Below are positions 40,793 through 53,718 of a stretch of 64,000 nt of DNA, in pieces (within the stretch, counting starts at the first letter, position 1; the number at the start of each line of letters is the position of its first letter). Where the stretch lies: the NCBI GenBank assembly GCA_034226945.1, contig CP120460.1, positions 682,001-746,000 on the forward strand. Direction: 5' to 3'. The notes beneath the pieces are model-generated. The model made no database searches, had not been told where the DNA came from, and saw only the letters and a program-made list of their open reading frames with translations. This DNA is from Picochlorum sp. SENEW3. Taxonomy: Eukaryota. A program made the position numbers and the translations under genes.

Positions 40793-41199
40793 TGTGTGTA
40801 GATGTGATACTCCTGTTGTCGATAAATCAAAATCACTGATTTATTACTATTGGCAGTCTGTGCGTATGGATCTTTTTATATTGCAATGGAAGAAGCAATT
40901 GGTTAATTGTTTATTTTAGGAAGAATGCGAATTCAAAATGCTAGAGCTCTACAGCATTGCTTGATTCTTTTATATGTTGGTTGAATATCAATAAAAATCA
41001 AATTATTGGGTGATACACGAGTGCATAGAGCGGTTCCTGCTGATTAGTGTCATCAATTCCACCATTATTTAATTAACTCTTCACTGGCATTCTTTTCTCT
41101 GGGGCCTTGCATTTCCGGGTTTTGGGGCTCGGATGGTCTTCGAAACCTAGTTTATTAGATTCATATGCATCGTGTAGACGAAGAAGGAAGGTAGAAATC

Positions 41200-43429
41200 A
41201 TGCTGGTTGTCAGGAGGAGCAACAGAGTTTTGGCTTCTCAGCTGTTGAGAGGGAGCAGCACACTCTTTGGCGAGGAACAAGATACCACGTGTTCATTGTT
41301 GTGGCATACGCGTACATCTGAGCATGGTATTAATCAATCTAGAGAAACATGGCAGGGAATAGCACAATATCATTGCAAGAGCAGCAGCATAGGTCAGGAG
41401 GCTATAAGCAGACAGCCTACCCACAGTAGCACAAAGAAGGATACGGTTCAGTGTCTGTCTACACGGTTGTTTTCACAAGTTGGTTCGATCAACAACAATT
41501 CTAAAAGCAATGGGGAGACTTCGAGTTCAATCCATACAAAGTCCGATGGTGAGGAAGGGAGAGATTGGGTTACAGTGAAGGAAATGTTCAAGTACATCAA
41601 GCCTCAAGGAGACTTTCATGTCAAAGCTCGGTTGGGTGCTGCGTTGGGTCTGCTTTTGGGTTCGAAAGCATTGAATGTACAAGCTCCATTCATGTTCAAA
41701 TATGTTGGTGCGTCGTATGCTTGTGGGTATTGTGGTTTTGTGGCCGTTGCAGGATGATGTTACTGAATGTGTGGATGCAGTGGATGCACTCAGCATGGAT
41801 CCCTCGGGGCTGACGCCCATGAATATTGGCGCAGCTATAGCACTGACGCCTCCAATGTTGATCGTTGGGTACGGTGTCTCTCGTATTGGTACATCTCTGT
41901 GCAATGAGATGAGGAATGCAGTTTTTGCCAAAATTACTCAGAATGCTATTCGGACGGTTGCCAACCAGGTGTTTGGGCATCTGCACCACCTCGACCTTTC
42001 CTTCCACCTCAGTCGACAAACGGGTGCTGTTTCTCGTGTTATTGATCGTGGTACTCGGGGAATCAATTTTATAATGAGCTCCATGGTGTTTAACGTTGTT
42101 CCAACAGCACTAGAGGTTTCCCTTGTATCTGGAATATTGGCATACAAGTGTGGGATGCCATTTGCTCTTCTTACGGCAGGGACGATTGGCTGCTATACTG
42201 TTTTTACATTCTGGGTTACACAGTGGCGATCTCAATTCCGAAAAGAGATGAATAAAGCAGAGTCTAATGCGAGTGCTATTGCTGTGGACTCGTTGATAAA
42301 TTATGAGACTGTCAAATTTTTTGGCAATGAAAAGCATGAGCAGAAGCGCTATGATGAGCACTTGCAGACGTATGAGAAGGCAGCTATAGAGACGCAGCAG
42401 TCTCTTTCTCTACTTAATTTTGGACAGAGTGCGATTTTCTCCACTGCGCTTGTTGCGGCAATGCTCATGTCTGCTCAAGGCATTTATGATGGTCATTTAA
42501 CAGTTGGAGACTTGGTCATGGTGAATGGCCTCCTGTTCCAGCTGTCTGTGCCTCTGAATTTTCTTGGGACTGTGTATCGAGAAACAAAGCAAAGTTTGAT
42601 TGATATGGGCGCCATGTTTGATTTACTGAAAGAGAAATCAAAAGTGAATGAATCTCCTGATGCTGTTCCTCTGAAACCAAAAGCTGCTGGCTACGATTTA
42701 GATTTAGAGAATGTCTTTTTCGGGTATCAGCCCTCGCATGATATACTGAAGAATTTTTCATTGCATGTGCCTGCGGGTACAAGCTGCGCTCTTGTAGGTA
42801 CCTCTGGCAGTGGCAAATCAACAATCCTGAGACTCTTGTTTCGATTTTATGACCCACATCAAGGATCGATCAAGGTAGGAGGACAGGATATTCGAAATAT
42901 TAAACTAAACAGTTTGCGGGACGCTTTTGGCATTGTTCCACAAGATTTGGTGCTGTTCAATCAGACGGTTGAGTATAACATTCGATATGGGAGGCTTGAT
43001 GCTTCTGATGAGGAGGTTAGAGAGGCAGCAAAGTATGCTGCCATACACGATCAGATAGAACGTTTCCCTAATGGGTATCAAACAATGGTTGGAGAGAGAG
43101 GTTTGAAATTATCTGGAGGCGAGAAACAGAGAATTGCCTTGGCCCGTGCATTTCTCAAACAGCCATCCATCGCGCTCCTTGATGAGCCAACCTCTGCCTT
43201 GGACTCTGCTACAGAAAAATCAGTGTTGCGTGCTTTGTTTGGGCTCGCTGAAGGGCGCACATGTCTAGTAGTTGCGCATAGATTATCTACGGCAGCTCAG
43301 TGTGACAAAATTGTTGTTTTGGACCATGGCAGAATTGTGGAGACTGGGTCCCATTCTGAGTTGTTGGAGAAGGGTGGGCAATATGCCAGTCTATGGAACA
43401 AACAACAATACGATGAAGTGATCCTGTGA
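41200..43429 (+). CDS. ATM1: Mitochondrial ABCB half-transporter, ATM1/ABCB7/ATM3 type
   Basis: Presequence; 73-nt intron 41708-41780; FHLSRQTG...[43 protein letters not shown]. Confidence 0.92.
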
Positions 43430-43492
43430 ATTACATGAAAATGTATCCTAGTTTCATATTGATATCAAAAATGGCTACGTTGCAAGAGTCTT

Positions 43493-46400
43493 CTATTTAA
43501 TGCTTCCATTTACAATAGAAGCTACTGTGCAGGGCCCTGAAAATGGCACACCTTTGTAACAAGCCTGTTTGGCATCATTGGTTCCAAGATCTACCTGTAC
43601 CTTTTCCCAAACTTTCTTTTTGGGATTTAAAATGTCGTCCGCCTCACCTTCATAGCCTTCAACATGTATTCTAGATCCTATTTCTGCAGAGGCTGGTGGC
43701 TCCACAAGCTCCACTGAATTTCCATCAGGTGCCGTTGCTGCTAGAACCATTGCTTCACTCTTGATCCCTCGCATGTTTGCTGGTTTGAGATTGCAAACGA
43801 GAACAACCCTTCTATTCTGCATCTGTTCCAGTGGAATAAATTTAACTAGGCCACTGACAACAGTCCGAGGCTTCTCTTCTCCAACATCCACAGTTTCGAC
43901 ATACAAACTGTCAGCATCAGGATGCTTTTTGCATTCCACAATCTTTCCCACTCTAATATCAATTCGAGATATATCTACTGATTTGTCTGAAAGTGACATC
44001 TTTTTCATCTTTGAGGAAAGCTCCTCTTTTGCACCCTTGGCTTCTTTCTTCTCTTTTTTGCCTTTATCTTTCTTGGATTCTGGCTGCTTTTGTTCGGCAT
44101 CAGACGGCTTTGACCCTTCCACACGTGAAGCTTGACTTCCTGCATACCTTGCTCGCAACTCTGATACTTCTTCCTCCGTGATTTTCTTGAATATTGGAAC
44201 AGGCTCTTTCACAAGTTTGTGGCCTTCTGCCACAATATCTCCTACTGATTTGCAGTTCTCTATCAGATCATCTGTCAAGCTTGGGCAGGAGTCAAGATTC
44301 ATCTGGTCCAAAATCTTGGCTGTGAGGCTGGGCATGAAAGGCTCAAGCAATGATGCCAGTACAGCTGATGTTCCAAAGCAAGTTGAAATATATGCTGCTG
44401 CTGTATCTCTATTCTCCTTTACAACCTTCCATATCTCTGTTTCTTGGAAAAACAAATTGCCTGATTTGCTAATCATCATAGCCGATTGCAATGCACTCTT
44501 CATCTTCTTGGACTCGAGGGCTGCATCAGAATGAATTCAATTGTCAATGCATGGGCAAAAATAATACAATAAGCATCATTGAGTAAAAACAGACCTTGAA
44601 TATAGGATGCCACATACTCGGAGATTTTCTCTCCATAGTCGCGCAATACCTTGTTAACAGACTCGTCCATATTGCCATTGGCAGTGCCAGGCACTGTTGC
44701 ATCGAATCTGGCATAAATAAACTTCAAAGTCCTATTGATAAAGTTTCCTAAGTTATCATTCAGCTCAGCATTACTCTTTGCTGCGAAATCATCCCACTGA
44801 AACACAGAATCCTGAGATTCTGGCCTCATTGAGAGTAAATAATATCGCCAGACCTCGACAGGTATTCCAGTCTCCTTGGCATCATTTCCAAACACACCAA
44901 TCCCCCTGCTCTTGCTGAACTTACCATCCTCGTAATTCAGATATTCTGTCACCGATATAGAGTTCATCATCGTCCAAGGTTTCTGGGAACCAATTTGACA
45001 TGCAGGAAAGATGATTGTATGGAATGGAACATTATCCTTGCCCATGAATTGCACGAGTTCCACATCTGGCACAGATTCACCGTCCATAAAGTACTCATTA
45101 GGCATCCACCAAGCTTTCCATTTGTCTCCACAGTATGTAGCAGTTATAGAAACATACCCAATCGGAGCGTCAAACCACACATAAAATACTTTATCTCGGA
45201 ACCCATCCAACGGAACAGGTGTTCCCCATTTTAAATCACGGGTGATGCACCGTGATTTCAATCCCTGATCAAGCCAAGCTTTCGTCACATGCATGCAATT
45301 CGAACTCCATCCTCCCTCTTTCGAGGATCGATCTATGTAAGCTTGCAGGTCTTCGGAGAGCCTTGGCAAGTCCAAAAACACATGCCTGGTGCTCTTCAGA
45401 ACAGGTTTGCTGCCTGACATCGCACATTTGGGATTCTTCAATTCTGTAGGATTCAATAGAGACCCACAAGAGTCGCATTGATCCCCTCTGGCATCTTCAT
45501 AGAGACATTTTGGACAGGTACCTGTCACATACCGATCTGCCAGAAACTTCTGCAGGGGCTCGCTGTATAACTGCTCCACTGTCTTCTCCTCCAAGTACCC
45601 ATTCTCTCTCAACTGATTGAACGTTTCCTGGGCTATTTCTGTCTGATAGCGCGTAGGAGTCCTCCCAAATTTGTCAAACTTAATATCAAACCAGTCATAA
45701 ATCTCCTTGTGAATGGCATTGTATTTGTCACATAATTCCTGGCAACTCAACCCTTCTTCAATAGCTTTAGTCTCTGTTGCAGTTCCATACTCATCAGTTC
45801 CACATACATATATGCAGTTATATCCACGTGCTCTACAGAACCGGGCATAGACATCGGCACTCAGCACACAACCAATTATATTCCCAAGATGTGGGACATT
45901 GTTGACATATGGCAGAGCAGACGTGATCAAAATATTCCTGTCTCCAACTTTAGGAAGCTTTATCTTGTTGCCATCAATTTCATCTACATCTGATTTGACA
46001 ACTTGTGCAGATATGGCATCATCAACCTTTCCAAAACCAATCTTTTCCAGACTTGCCAACACTTCAGCAGTCTCCATCACCTTTCCAACATACTGTTTCG
46101 CGTCATCTGAAAGCTCCATTCCCAACAACAAGGCAGACTTCAGCGTACACGCAATGGAAATATCAGCCAAATCGATAGGATGCCCGTCCACGAGGGAACC
46201 AAGTTCCTCAGTCACCAGTCTTTGAACAGCACCAGAGTCACCAGAGTATACTGCCGGGCGCAGCACCGATTCCTCCCACTCCAAACGTGATTCACAGATA
46301 ATATCAATCTTATCACATCCATACAAGTATCGAGCCATTGCATTCGGCTCGCTGAGCACGCTCCCGTCAGTCAAAACCAAGAAGAGCGTTTTGCGGCTGA

Positions 46401-46551
46401 AAGGGGCTATGGCATCCTCGGCTATTTTTCTTGATTCGGCCATTGCAGTGATTTTCAAAGGCTTTTTTGATAGTTCTGCCGCGGCTGCTACTCGTATAGC
46501 CATCGGATCACCAGCCCGGCCGATAACCAAATTGGCATCTCCAGCACTCAT
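43493..46551 (-). CDS. MARS: Cytosolic methionyl-tRNA synthetase with GST-like N-domain and EMAPII-like tRNA-binding C-domain
   Basis: [20 protein letters not shown], zinc knuckles; 74-nt intron 44594-44521; C-terminal DIRVGKI...HPDADSLY. Confidence 0.95.
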
Positions 46552-46817
46552 ATTTTCCACACTATTTCGCCCTTCCTGTCTTCCTGAGATTCCTTGACGC
46601 TTATTAGTTTCTAAAATAAAATTTTACATAGCAATGCTTGCACATAGACAGCCGTATTAACCAATGCATGCAACGTTTTCTAAATTACTCTAAAGTAGGA
46701 ACTCGAATGGAGACAAAGAAACAGGGACACTTTGATTCACTTTTAAATTCATCAATAGCGATTGTAGTTGAATGAGGTGGCAATGCAGGTGGCGTAGATC
46801 ATTCGTGCTGCGGTAGG

Positions 46818-49800
46818 ATGAGACCAGGGGAAATTTTAAAGTCTTCAAACCAGTCTCCCCTTCTGAAACAGGATTCTTCGCCATCTAGTGGTGATGACGC
46901 ACCAGAATACACTCGATCGAGTTTTAGTGTCAATATCAAGCGATACGTAGGCTGTAAAGGCCATGAAATCCGGCTTCCTGGTGGGAGTTCTTGTTGGAGT
47001 GTCGAACTGAAAGATGGGCTTGAATTATACATTTATGAGGAGAATGTGACAGAAGGAACGAGTGTATGTGACCAATGTAGGATTATAGGCTGGGGGACGC
47101 ACCCTGTTTGCTCGAAAAAGTATCATTTTGTCATCCCGGCAGAAACCGGGCCTGACTCCCTGGACGACCCCACCTCCTTGGCAGCTATTACGGAAGCATG
47201 TAGGCTTGGTAAGGATCACGCATCGAGCATTAGTTTACCCTCAAAGGTTATCAGCGAAACAGTAGAGCACCATGCGTCCATTTACAATGCTGATCCAACA
47301 ATCTACGACTCTACGAAACATCGGTTACATGGGGTCATCCATGGAAATGGATATGGGCACTTGTTGCGGATTAATGGCATGTATGGTGGGTCGCGAGGGG
47401 TGACTGGACTGCAGGTAATGGCGTTATGGGATGTATTGTGTGATATGTTACAGGCAAAGGATGTGACAGTGGAGGATGTTTCATCAAAGAGTGGTATGGA
47501 GCTTCGGATATCCTACTTTCTAGGGTATGGTCAGACTTGGTATGGCCTGTTTGGGTACAAGTTTGGCAGAGGTCCTTACAACATAACTGAAAAGCGGTGG
47601 GAAGATGCTGGGACATATGTTAGCTCGACTCTCTTGTCACACATACTACATGATTTTGAAGGAGTTGAAGAGCATGTTCCTGAGATTATTCAGAGGTATT
47701 CTCTCCCTGTTGGGGGTGCAGCACTTGTTCGGGATTTTGGTGCTTTGTTGTATAGATTGCTTTATTTGCAATTAAATCCAAAGCAAGCTGTTCCATTTTT
47801 TGACACAAAATGCATCGCAGAAGCCCAGGAGGCCGTTTCTGGTGGGGAGAGTGAGTTGAAGAAGAGGAAGGCTGGTCCATTTCACAAGAAAAAGAGGAAA
47901 GGTATTCGGTTTTCCGCCCCTCCGCAGAAAAAAAGAGATGCTTCAGGAGACATAAATCCTACTACTGCAACGACATCACAGATAGGGAAGAGTCTGAATG
48001 ACTTGCATGTAGATCACAATCATGCTCCGTGCAGTATTGGGGATATCACGTTGAACAGTGAATTAGAGATTTTAATGAGAGGTGAAATAGTGCAGGGTAC
48101 TGTAGTTGCAATGCCAGTGAATAGAGGTAGGATGCATAAATTGAGAATGATGGACGGCAAAGAGCGGAAATTTGATTTAGAAATTACTCCCTGGAGACTG
48201 AAAGGTAGTTGTGCACCTATGAGTGGATCAGATGAGAGTACGCTGCGTTTATTAGAAAAGAAAGAAGAATCCAAGCTTGAATCAATCAAGAACAGTAGGA
48301 ATAATAGTGCAAACCCTGCTGTTTTGAAGTACAAGGCTAACTTGTCCCGTGATGATTTTGTGGAGAGGGCAAGACAGTTGTGCCGAGCGTTGAAGTCGCT
48401 CATTCCTAAATCGAAGGCAATAATAGGTCAGTCGAAAACCAGGTCCGATATGGAGGCAGCATTTTCAAATCTTGTCGGGGGATCTGGTCCTGTTGTAACA
48501 TGCAAGGTGAGTGGTTGTAATACTGTGGCATCTGTTCCCAATCAATACAAGATCCTGTTGTATTTTATGCAGGACTCGTGGTGGGAGTTTCTGCCTGTTT
48601 TGTTGAAATGGATCCAGGAACTTCTTGAGATTCAAGAAGGTGATGCATCAAAGTGCATCACTCTCGTTGATAATACAATTGAGATTGACAGGGAATGTTT
48701 GCGTCACATGGGGATGTTTCCAGAAGGGTGGAACCCTCCACTGGGCAAGGAAACCCTAAAAGAAGATAATGCTCATTTTAAATTACAAAATCCAAGTTTT
48801 GCTTACGGAGAAGCTGCGGAAGAATTGAGTCCCAGGCACACGAGGAATACCAGGTCTCGCAGTGCAGCACTGTCCAATGCTGTGACCACAGTAGAGCCAT
48901 GTCAGGATGGTGTGAGTCATCGATACCACGCGGAGGACATACAAACATATGTCAGAGCGTCTGTTGATGCAACTCTTGAGTCGCTTTGGAATTCAGCTTT
49001 GTCACCGAGTGATGATGATGAGACAACTAGAATATCCAGACCATGGCATTTGTTGGATCCTGGGGCAGATGTTGCCGACCCAGGGGACGTCAATTTGGTA
49101 CGCAATCAAATAACAAGAGATTTACATTATCTTTTCATGTGTACCTTGAAAATATACCTGCCAGAGGTAGCGAAGATAGCAGCAAAGAATGCAGCTGCTG
49201 CATTTCAGATGAAGACTACCCACAAGGTACTGAAGGCTCGTCACCTTACCAAAGAAGTTCAAGTGTTGCGCGATACGAAACTCTTCATGAAAGGCTATCA
49301 TTCATATCCAGAACCATCTAAGAATAAACAACAGAATAAGTCAGAGTCAATCAGGGTTTGGACACGTATAGAGATGCCTCGAGAGTTGAATTCAAAAAGT
49401 GTATCTGCAACAAGATCTGGAAGAAAGTGTTTACCCATCATCCCTCCACCGGAGATTCTCATAATGGACATATCGGCAACCATAAAACAATATCTTGAAG
49501 AAGTCACAAAGCAGTTCCGAGAATTATATCACATGTTTTCCAAGTTTAGAGCCGTTGGTGTCATTTCCCCAGAGAACTTTGGAAACAAGAGCAAAGGGGT
49601 TCAGAGTAGAGTCCTGCCTGAGAATATACAATTACGGCAGCTTCTCGGACCATCATCAATAGATCTCGACTTGCAGGTGGTAGGAGAAGGCTATATTTTG
49701 GACAGCGTCTGGTTACATGCTGGTGGACCAGAAGACTGGGTTGTTAATTGTCCTTGTGGGACAAGAGACGATGATGGTGAAGCAATGGTTGCATGTGATG

Positions 49801-49907
49801 TTTGCGAGACATGGATGCATACTCGATGTGTGAATGTTCCAGAAGGAACGCATACATGGTCATGTGATGCTTGTCAAAGGAAACAAAATGCTAAATATTT
49901 ATCTTAA
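46818..49907 (+). CDS. MS1/MMD1-family PHD-finger chromatin protein
   Basis: CDQCRIIGWGTHPVC, HRLHGVIHGNGYGHLLRING, WYG.FGYKFGRG; C-terminal PHD DWVVNCPCGTRDDDGEAMVACDVCETWMHTRC. Confidence 0.88.
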   Translation: MRPGEILKSSNQSPLLKQDSSPSSGDDAPEYTRSSFSVNIKRYVGCKGHEIRLPGGSSCWSVELKDGLELYIYEENVTEGTSVCDQCRIIGWGTHPVCSKKYHFVIPAETGPDSLDDPTSLAAITEACRLGKDHASSISLPSKVISETVEHHASIYNADPTIYDSTKHRLHGVIHGNGYGHLLRINGMYGGSRGVTGLQVMALWDVLCDMLQAKDVTVEDVSSKSGMELRISYFLGYGQTWYGLFGYKFGRGPYNITEKRWEDAGTYVSSTLLSHILHDFEGVEEHVPEIIQRYSLPVGGAALVRDFGALLYRLLYLQLNPKQAVPFFDTKCIAEAQEAVSGGESELKKRKAGPFHKKKRKGIRFSAPPQKKRDASGDINPTTATTSQIGKSLNDLHVDHNHAPCSIGDITLNSELEILMRGEIVQGTVVAMPVNRGRMHKLRMMDGKERKFDLEITPWRLKGSCAPMSGSDESTLRLLEKKEESKLESIKNSRNNSANPAVLKYKANLSRDDFVERARQLCRALKSLIPKSKAIIGQSKTRSDMEAAFSNLVGGSGPVVTCKVSGCNTVASVPNQYKILLYFMQDSWWEFLPVLLKWIQELLEIQEGDASKCITLVDNTIEIDRECLRHMGMFPEGWNPPLGKETLKEDNAHFKLQNPSFAYGEAAEELSPRHTRNTRSRSAALSNAVTTVEPCQDGVSHRYHAEDIQTYVRASVDATLESLWNSALSPSDDDETTRISRPWHLLDPGADVADPGDVNLVRNQITRDLHYLFMCTLKIYLPEVAKIAAKNAAAAFQMKTTHKVLKARHLTKEVQVLRDTKLFMKGYHSYPEPSKNKQQNKSESIRVWTRIEMPRELNSKSVSATRSGRKCLPIIPPPEILIMDISATIKQYLEEVTKQFRELYHMFSKFRAVGVISPENFGNKSKGVQSRVLPENIQLRQLLGPSSIDLDLQVVGEGYILDSVWLHAGGPEDWVVNCPCGTRDDDGEAMVACDVCETWMHTRCVNVPEGTHTWSCDACQRKQNAKYLS

Positions 49908-49927
49908 AGCACCATAATGTAAAATGT

Positions 49928-52900
49928 CTATACATAGGATGGTGATCTCTCTACGAGAGGAATGGCTTCGCTTGACTTTCTTTTGGCCTCCTCCTTTGAA
50001 GAATTGCGAAATAATTTTGAAAGGAGCAGTTTGAGATGCACTTGTATTTCTGACACGACTCCAACGCTCCGGCTGGGCAGGGCCATGGAGCTGTGCATGA
50101 AATTCCTGCTGATAAACTTGAGCACTTCATCTAAAATAATCACGGGAAAAGAAAGCACCAAAATAGCGATCCACTCACGCCCAGATAATGCGCTAACACT
50201 AAACATAACCGAAAGAGGAGGAATGTATATGATTGCCACATGGAGAAGCATTGAGAGAGAAATAGCGCCAAGCAGCCATGGGTTGCTCCACGGTGGCAAG
50301 GTCAATAGCGAACAGTTTTCTGACAATGCATTGAGAGCATTGAACATTTCTACCACGACAAGAACAGACATAGAAACCGTTGAAGGTAGTCTTGTTTCGA
50401 ACACAGAGCAATCTGGGTTTTGGCCCTCACCACAATGTTGGAATGATCTCAACTGAGACCATGACAGTTTGGGACCTTGTTCATACATCATGAACCACCA
50501 TAAAAATCCTAGAGACGTCGCCATACCAACATAGGCGCCGACAACTAAATATCTAATGAAGAGCCAGCGATCAACAATACCTTCACTTGCGCTCCTAGGC
50601 GGCCTCCTCATGATGTTACTGTCGGGCTTGTTAAAACCAATAGCTGTTGCGGGAAGGCCATCTGTGACTAAATTCACCCACAACAACTGCACTGGATTCA
50701 GACACTCTGGAATTCCTAAAAGAGCCGCTGAAAATATCGCTACGACTTCTCCAATATTTGAACTAACCATATATCTGATGAACTGCTTCGTATTTGCATA
50801 AATTGACCTGCCTGCTTCAACGGCCGACACAATGGTGGCAAAATTATCGTCTGCCAAGACCATGTCTGATGCGTGTTTTGCAACAGATGTGCCAGATCCC
50901 ATAGCAACACCAATGTCAGCAGTCTTTAATGCAGGCGCATCATTCACTCCATCACCCGTCATAGCAACCACATGACCCTGAGATTGGAGCATTTGAACAA
51001 GCACTGTTTTATGTGCTGGCTCTACTCTAGAGAAGATCGATATTTGCGATGCAGCAGAAGCTTTCTGCGAGTCTGAAAGTTCATCAAACTCCAAACCAGT
51101 CATCACAAGACTATTGTTGCTGCTTCCAGCAATCTCAAGATCATCTCCATGGCTCATAGAGTTGACCAATGATACCTGTCGTGCAACACTTTCAGCTGTC
51201 ACTTTGTTATCACCTGTCACCATAATAACCCGGATCCCTGCCAATTTACATTGTTCCATAGCATGTTTTACCTCCAACCTTGGAGGATCTTGCATACCGA
51301 CTATTCCAATCAAGCAGAAGCGATTCTCATCATCCACCGTTACCTGCCTCCTGTCTCGCCCATCCCATTTCCTGTAACACAGTGCAAGGCATCGAAGAGC
51401 CCTGTCTCGCGCAAAATGCTCAATTTGAGACTGGAACTTCTTCACAAGGGACTCTTGAAGAGCAACCTGACTTCCATCTTCAGCCAATACGGATGTGCAC
51501 CTGCCAAGTACAATCTCAGGTGCTCCCTTACAGTACAGCACCAACTGCCCACTCTCCGAGTCCTCACACAATGTGCTCATGAGCTTTCTTTTCCTATCAA
51601 ACTCCAACGTAAATATCTTCTTCATTTTCTGTTTCCACGCGTCATTGCAATACGTCGTTCTCTGTTGCTGTGGCAGTCTTGAAAGCGCTGTTGGCATGGC
51701 AGAATACCCTGGCAAGCCAATCTTTTCAGCCAACACACGAAGCGCCACCTCCGTTGCCTCGCCAGCTCTCTGATACGTATTCTTGTCGGGTAAATAAATC
51801 AAGTGGGATTCATTGCACAAAGATGAGCAGGCACCAATCTCAAGCAAAACCCGAGAGTCCCCAGGATGCTCCAACCTCTTCCCATCAACACCCAATATGT
51901 GACCTTCTGGAGCAAAAGATGTTCCTGTGACCTCATATTCTTTGAAGCTTCCCATTTTATTATAACTTGCCACTCGAACCACACTCATTTGATTTGTCGT
52001 CAACGTTCCTGTTTTATCAGAACAAATGACAGAGGTACACCCCAAGGTCTCCACAGACTGAAGCTTCCGAACAATGGCATTCTTCTTGGCCATTTGCCGT
52101 GTACCCAACGCAAGGCATGTTGTCACCACAGCTGGAAGCCCTTCCGGAATAGCAGCAACCGCCAGCGCAACAGCAATCTTAAAGTAGTACAGCGCCCCTC
52201 CAAACCATGACCCATGCAAGGGATCAGAAAAGTGAGGCAAATTCACAACCCACACAAGAATACAAATGACAGCAATAGACTTTGACAGAAATGTCCCAAA
52301 CTGATCCAACTTCTGTTTCAAAGGCGTTTCATGCTCACTCGCACTTGCCATAGCATTCCGTATCTTACCCAGAGCCGTGGACTCACCAGTCCCAACCACA
52401 ACCCCAATTGCCCTACCGGCAGTCACCACAGTCCCAGAAAACACAATGTTTGTCTTGTCCTGATTCACAGCTTTTGACATACTCACACTCTCTTCAGATT
52501 TTGACACACTCTCCGATTCTCCTGTCAAAATACTCTGATCTACCCTAAAATCCGGCGACAACAACTGAAGCACTCGAATATCAGCAGGAATCTTACTCCC
52601 TACCGACATTTCAACCACATCCCCCGGCACCAAGTCTGCCGCTGGAACAACAAACCATCGCGCATCTCTAAACACAGTCGCAACTTCCGCTTCATACGCC
52701 TTCAACTCCTCAATCGCCGCCTCTGCATTCGTCTCTGTCACAACCCCCACTGTCGCATTCGCAACAAGAATCAGAATAATCACACCAGGCTCCACAAACG
52801 CTGATGCCCCATGCTCCCCATTTGATAACGCAATCAGTAAATCAATCACAGCAGCAACGATCAGAATCTACACAACACAACCGCCCACACATAGATCTTC

Positions 52901-53432
52901 TGTTCTTCATACAATATTCGGATTATGTGACTGCAACACACCTTGACCAACAAATCATCAAACTGCTTCAACACCAGCTTCCAGAACGGAGTACCTACAC
53001 CATCACACCCAACCATGAATATATATCTACACCATGACATCTTTATTATTAGTATTATTATACATACCTGGATCAGTCGGCAGCTCATTCTTCCCATACC
53101 GAATCCTATGCTGTTGCACAGCATCTGAACTCAAACCATGCTCCAGAGTCACAGAGAAATGATTCAAAACCTACACCATATTACCATACATTCATCCTTG
53201 AATCATCATCTACTTATTTCCACAGCATCGCATTCGATACGCATTAAAGAAAAACACCAAAGAGAAAGAGAGAGATGTGTGTTTTTGAAGAAAAAAAAAA
53301 CAAGAAATCACATCCGGTTGTTGTGGACTCCATCGAAGCGTGACCAAGAAGCAGACCCCCGATCTCATACAATCTATGCACTATAAAAACCCAGCGTACC
53401 TCCTCCTTGGAACTCGCATACGCAGTCTCCAT
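49928..53432 (-). CDS. ECA3: SERCA-type P2A Ca2+/Mn2+ ATPase (ECA3-like)
   Basis: Exons 53432-53400, 53170-53068, 52994-52942 and 52867-49928; TGES, CSDKTGTLT, TGDGVNDAPAL, LWVNLVTDGLPAT. Confidence 0.92.
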
Positions 53433-53718
53433 GAATAGAATAGGTCTGTTTGTTCCTCTTCAGAAATGAAATGAACGATTGGAATCTGCTCGTCACATAC
53501 AGACACACATACTCGTGCGATGACTACGTACTACTCGTAGTATTAAAAAATATATTTGTAATAAATAATATTAGTATGGACAAAGCATGTTTGGCAACAG
53601 GGGCGATGCCATCTAGATACCCTACTCCGCCCAATCCCTTCCGAAGGCGACGAATTAAAAATTTCCCTCCTCCTCCAATTGCAATTGGAGTTGCAAGAAG
53701 ACACTCGCATCATTGTTG

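Noticed and set aside
53171..53399. 229-nt first intron of ECA3 as a snoRNA host
   Set aside because: Mostly low-complexity T/CT tracts; no convincing C/D or H/ACA arrangement.
1682..53432. Acidocalcisome 'cluster' of VTC genes, V-ATPase D and the Ca-ATPase
   Set aside because: Spread over 50 kb among unrelated housekeeping genes; only the VTC pair is adjacent.
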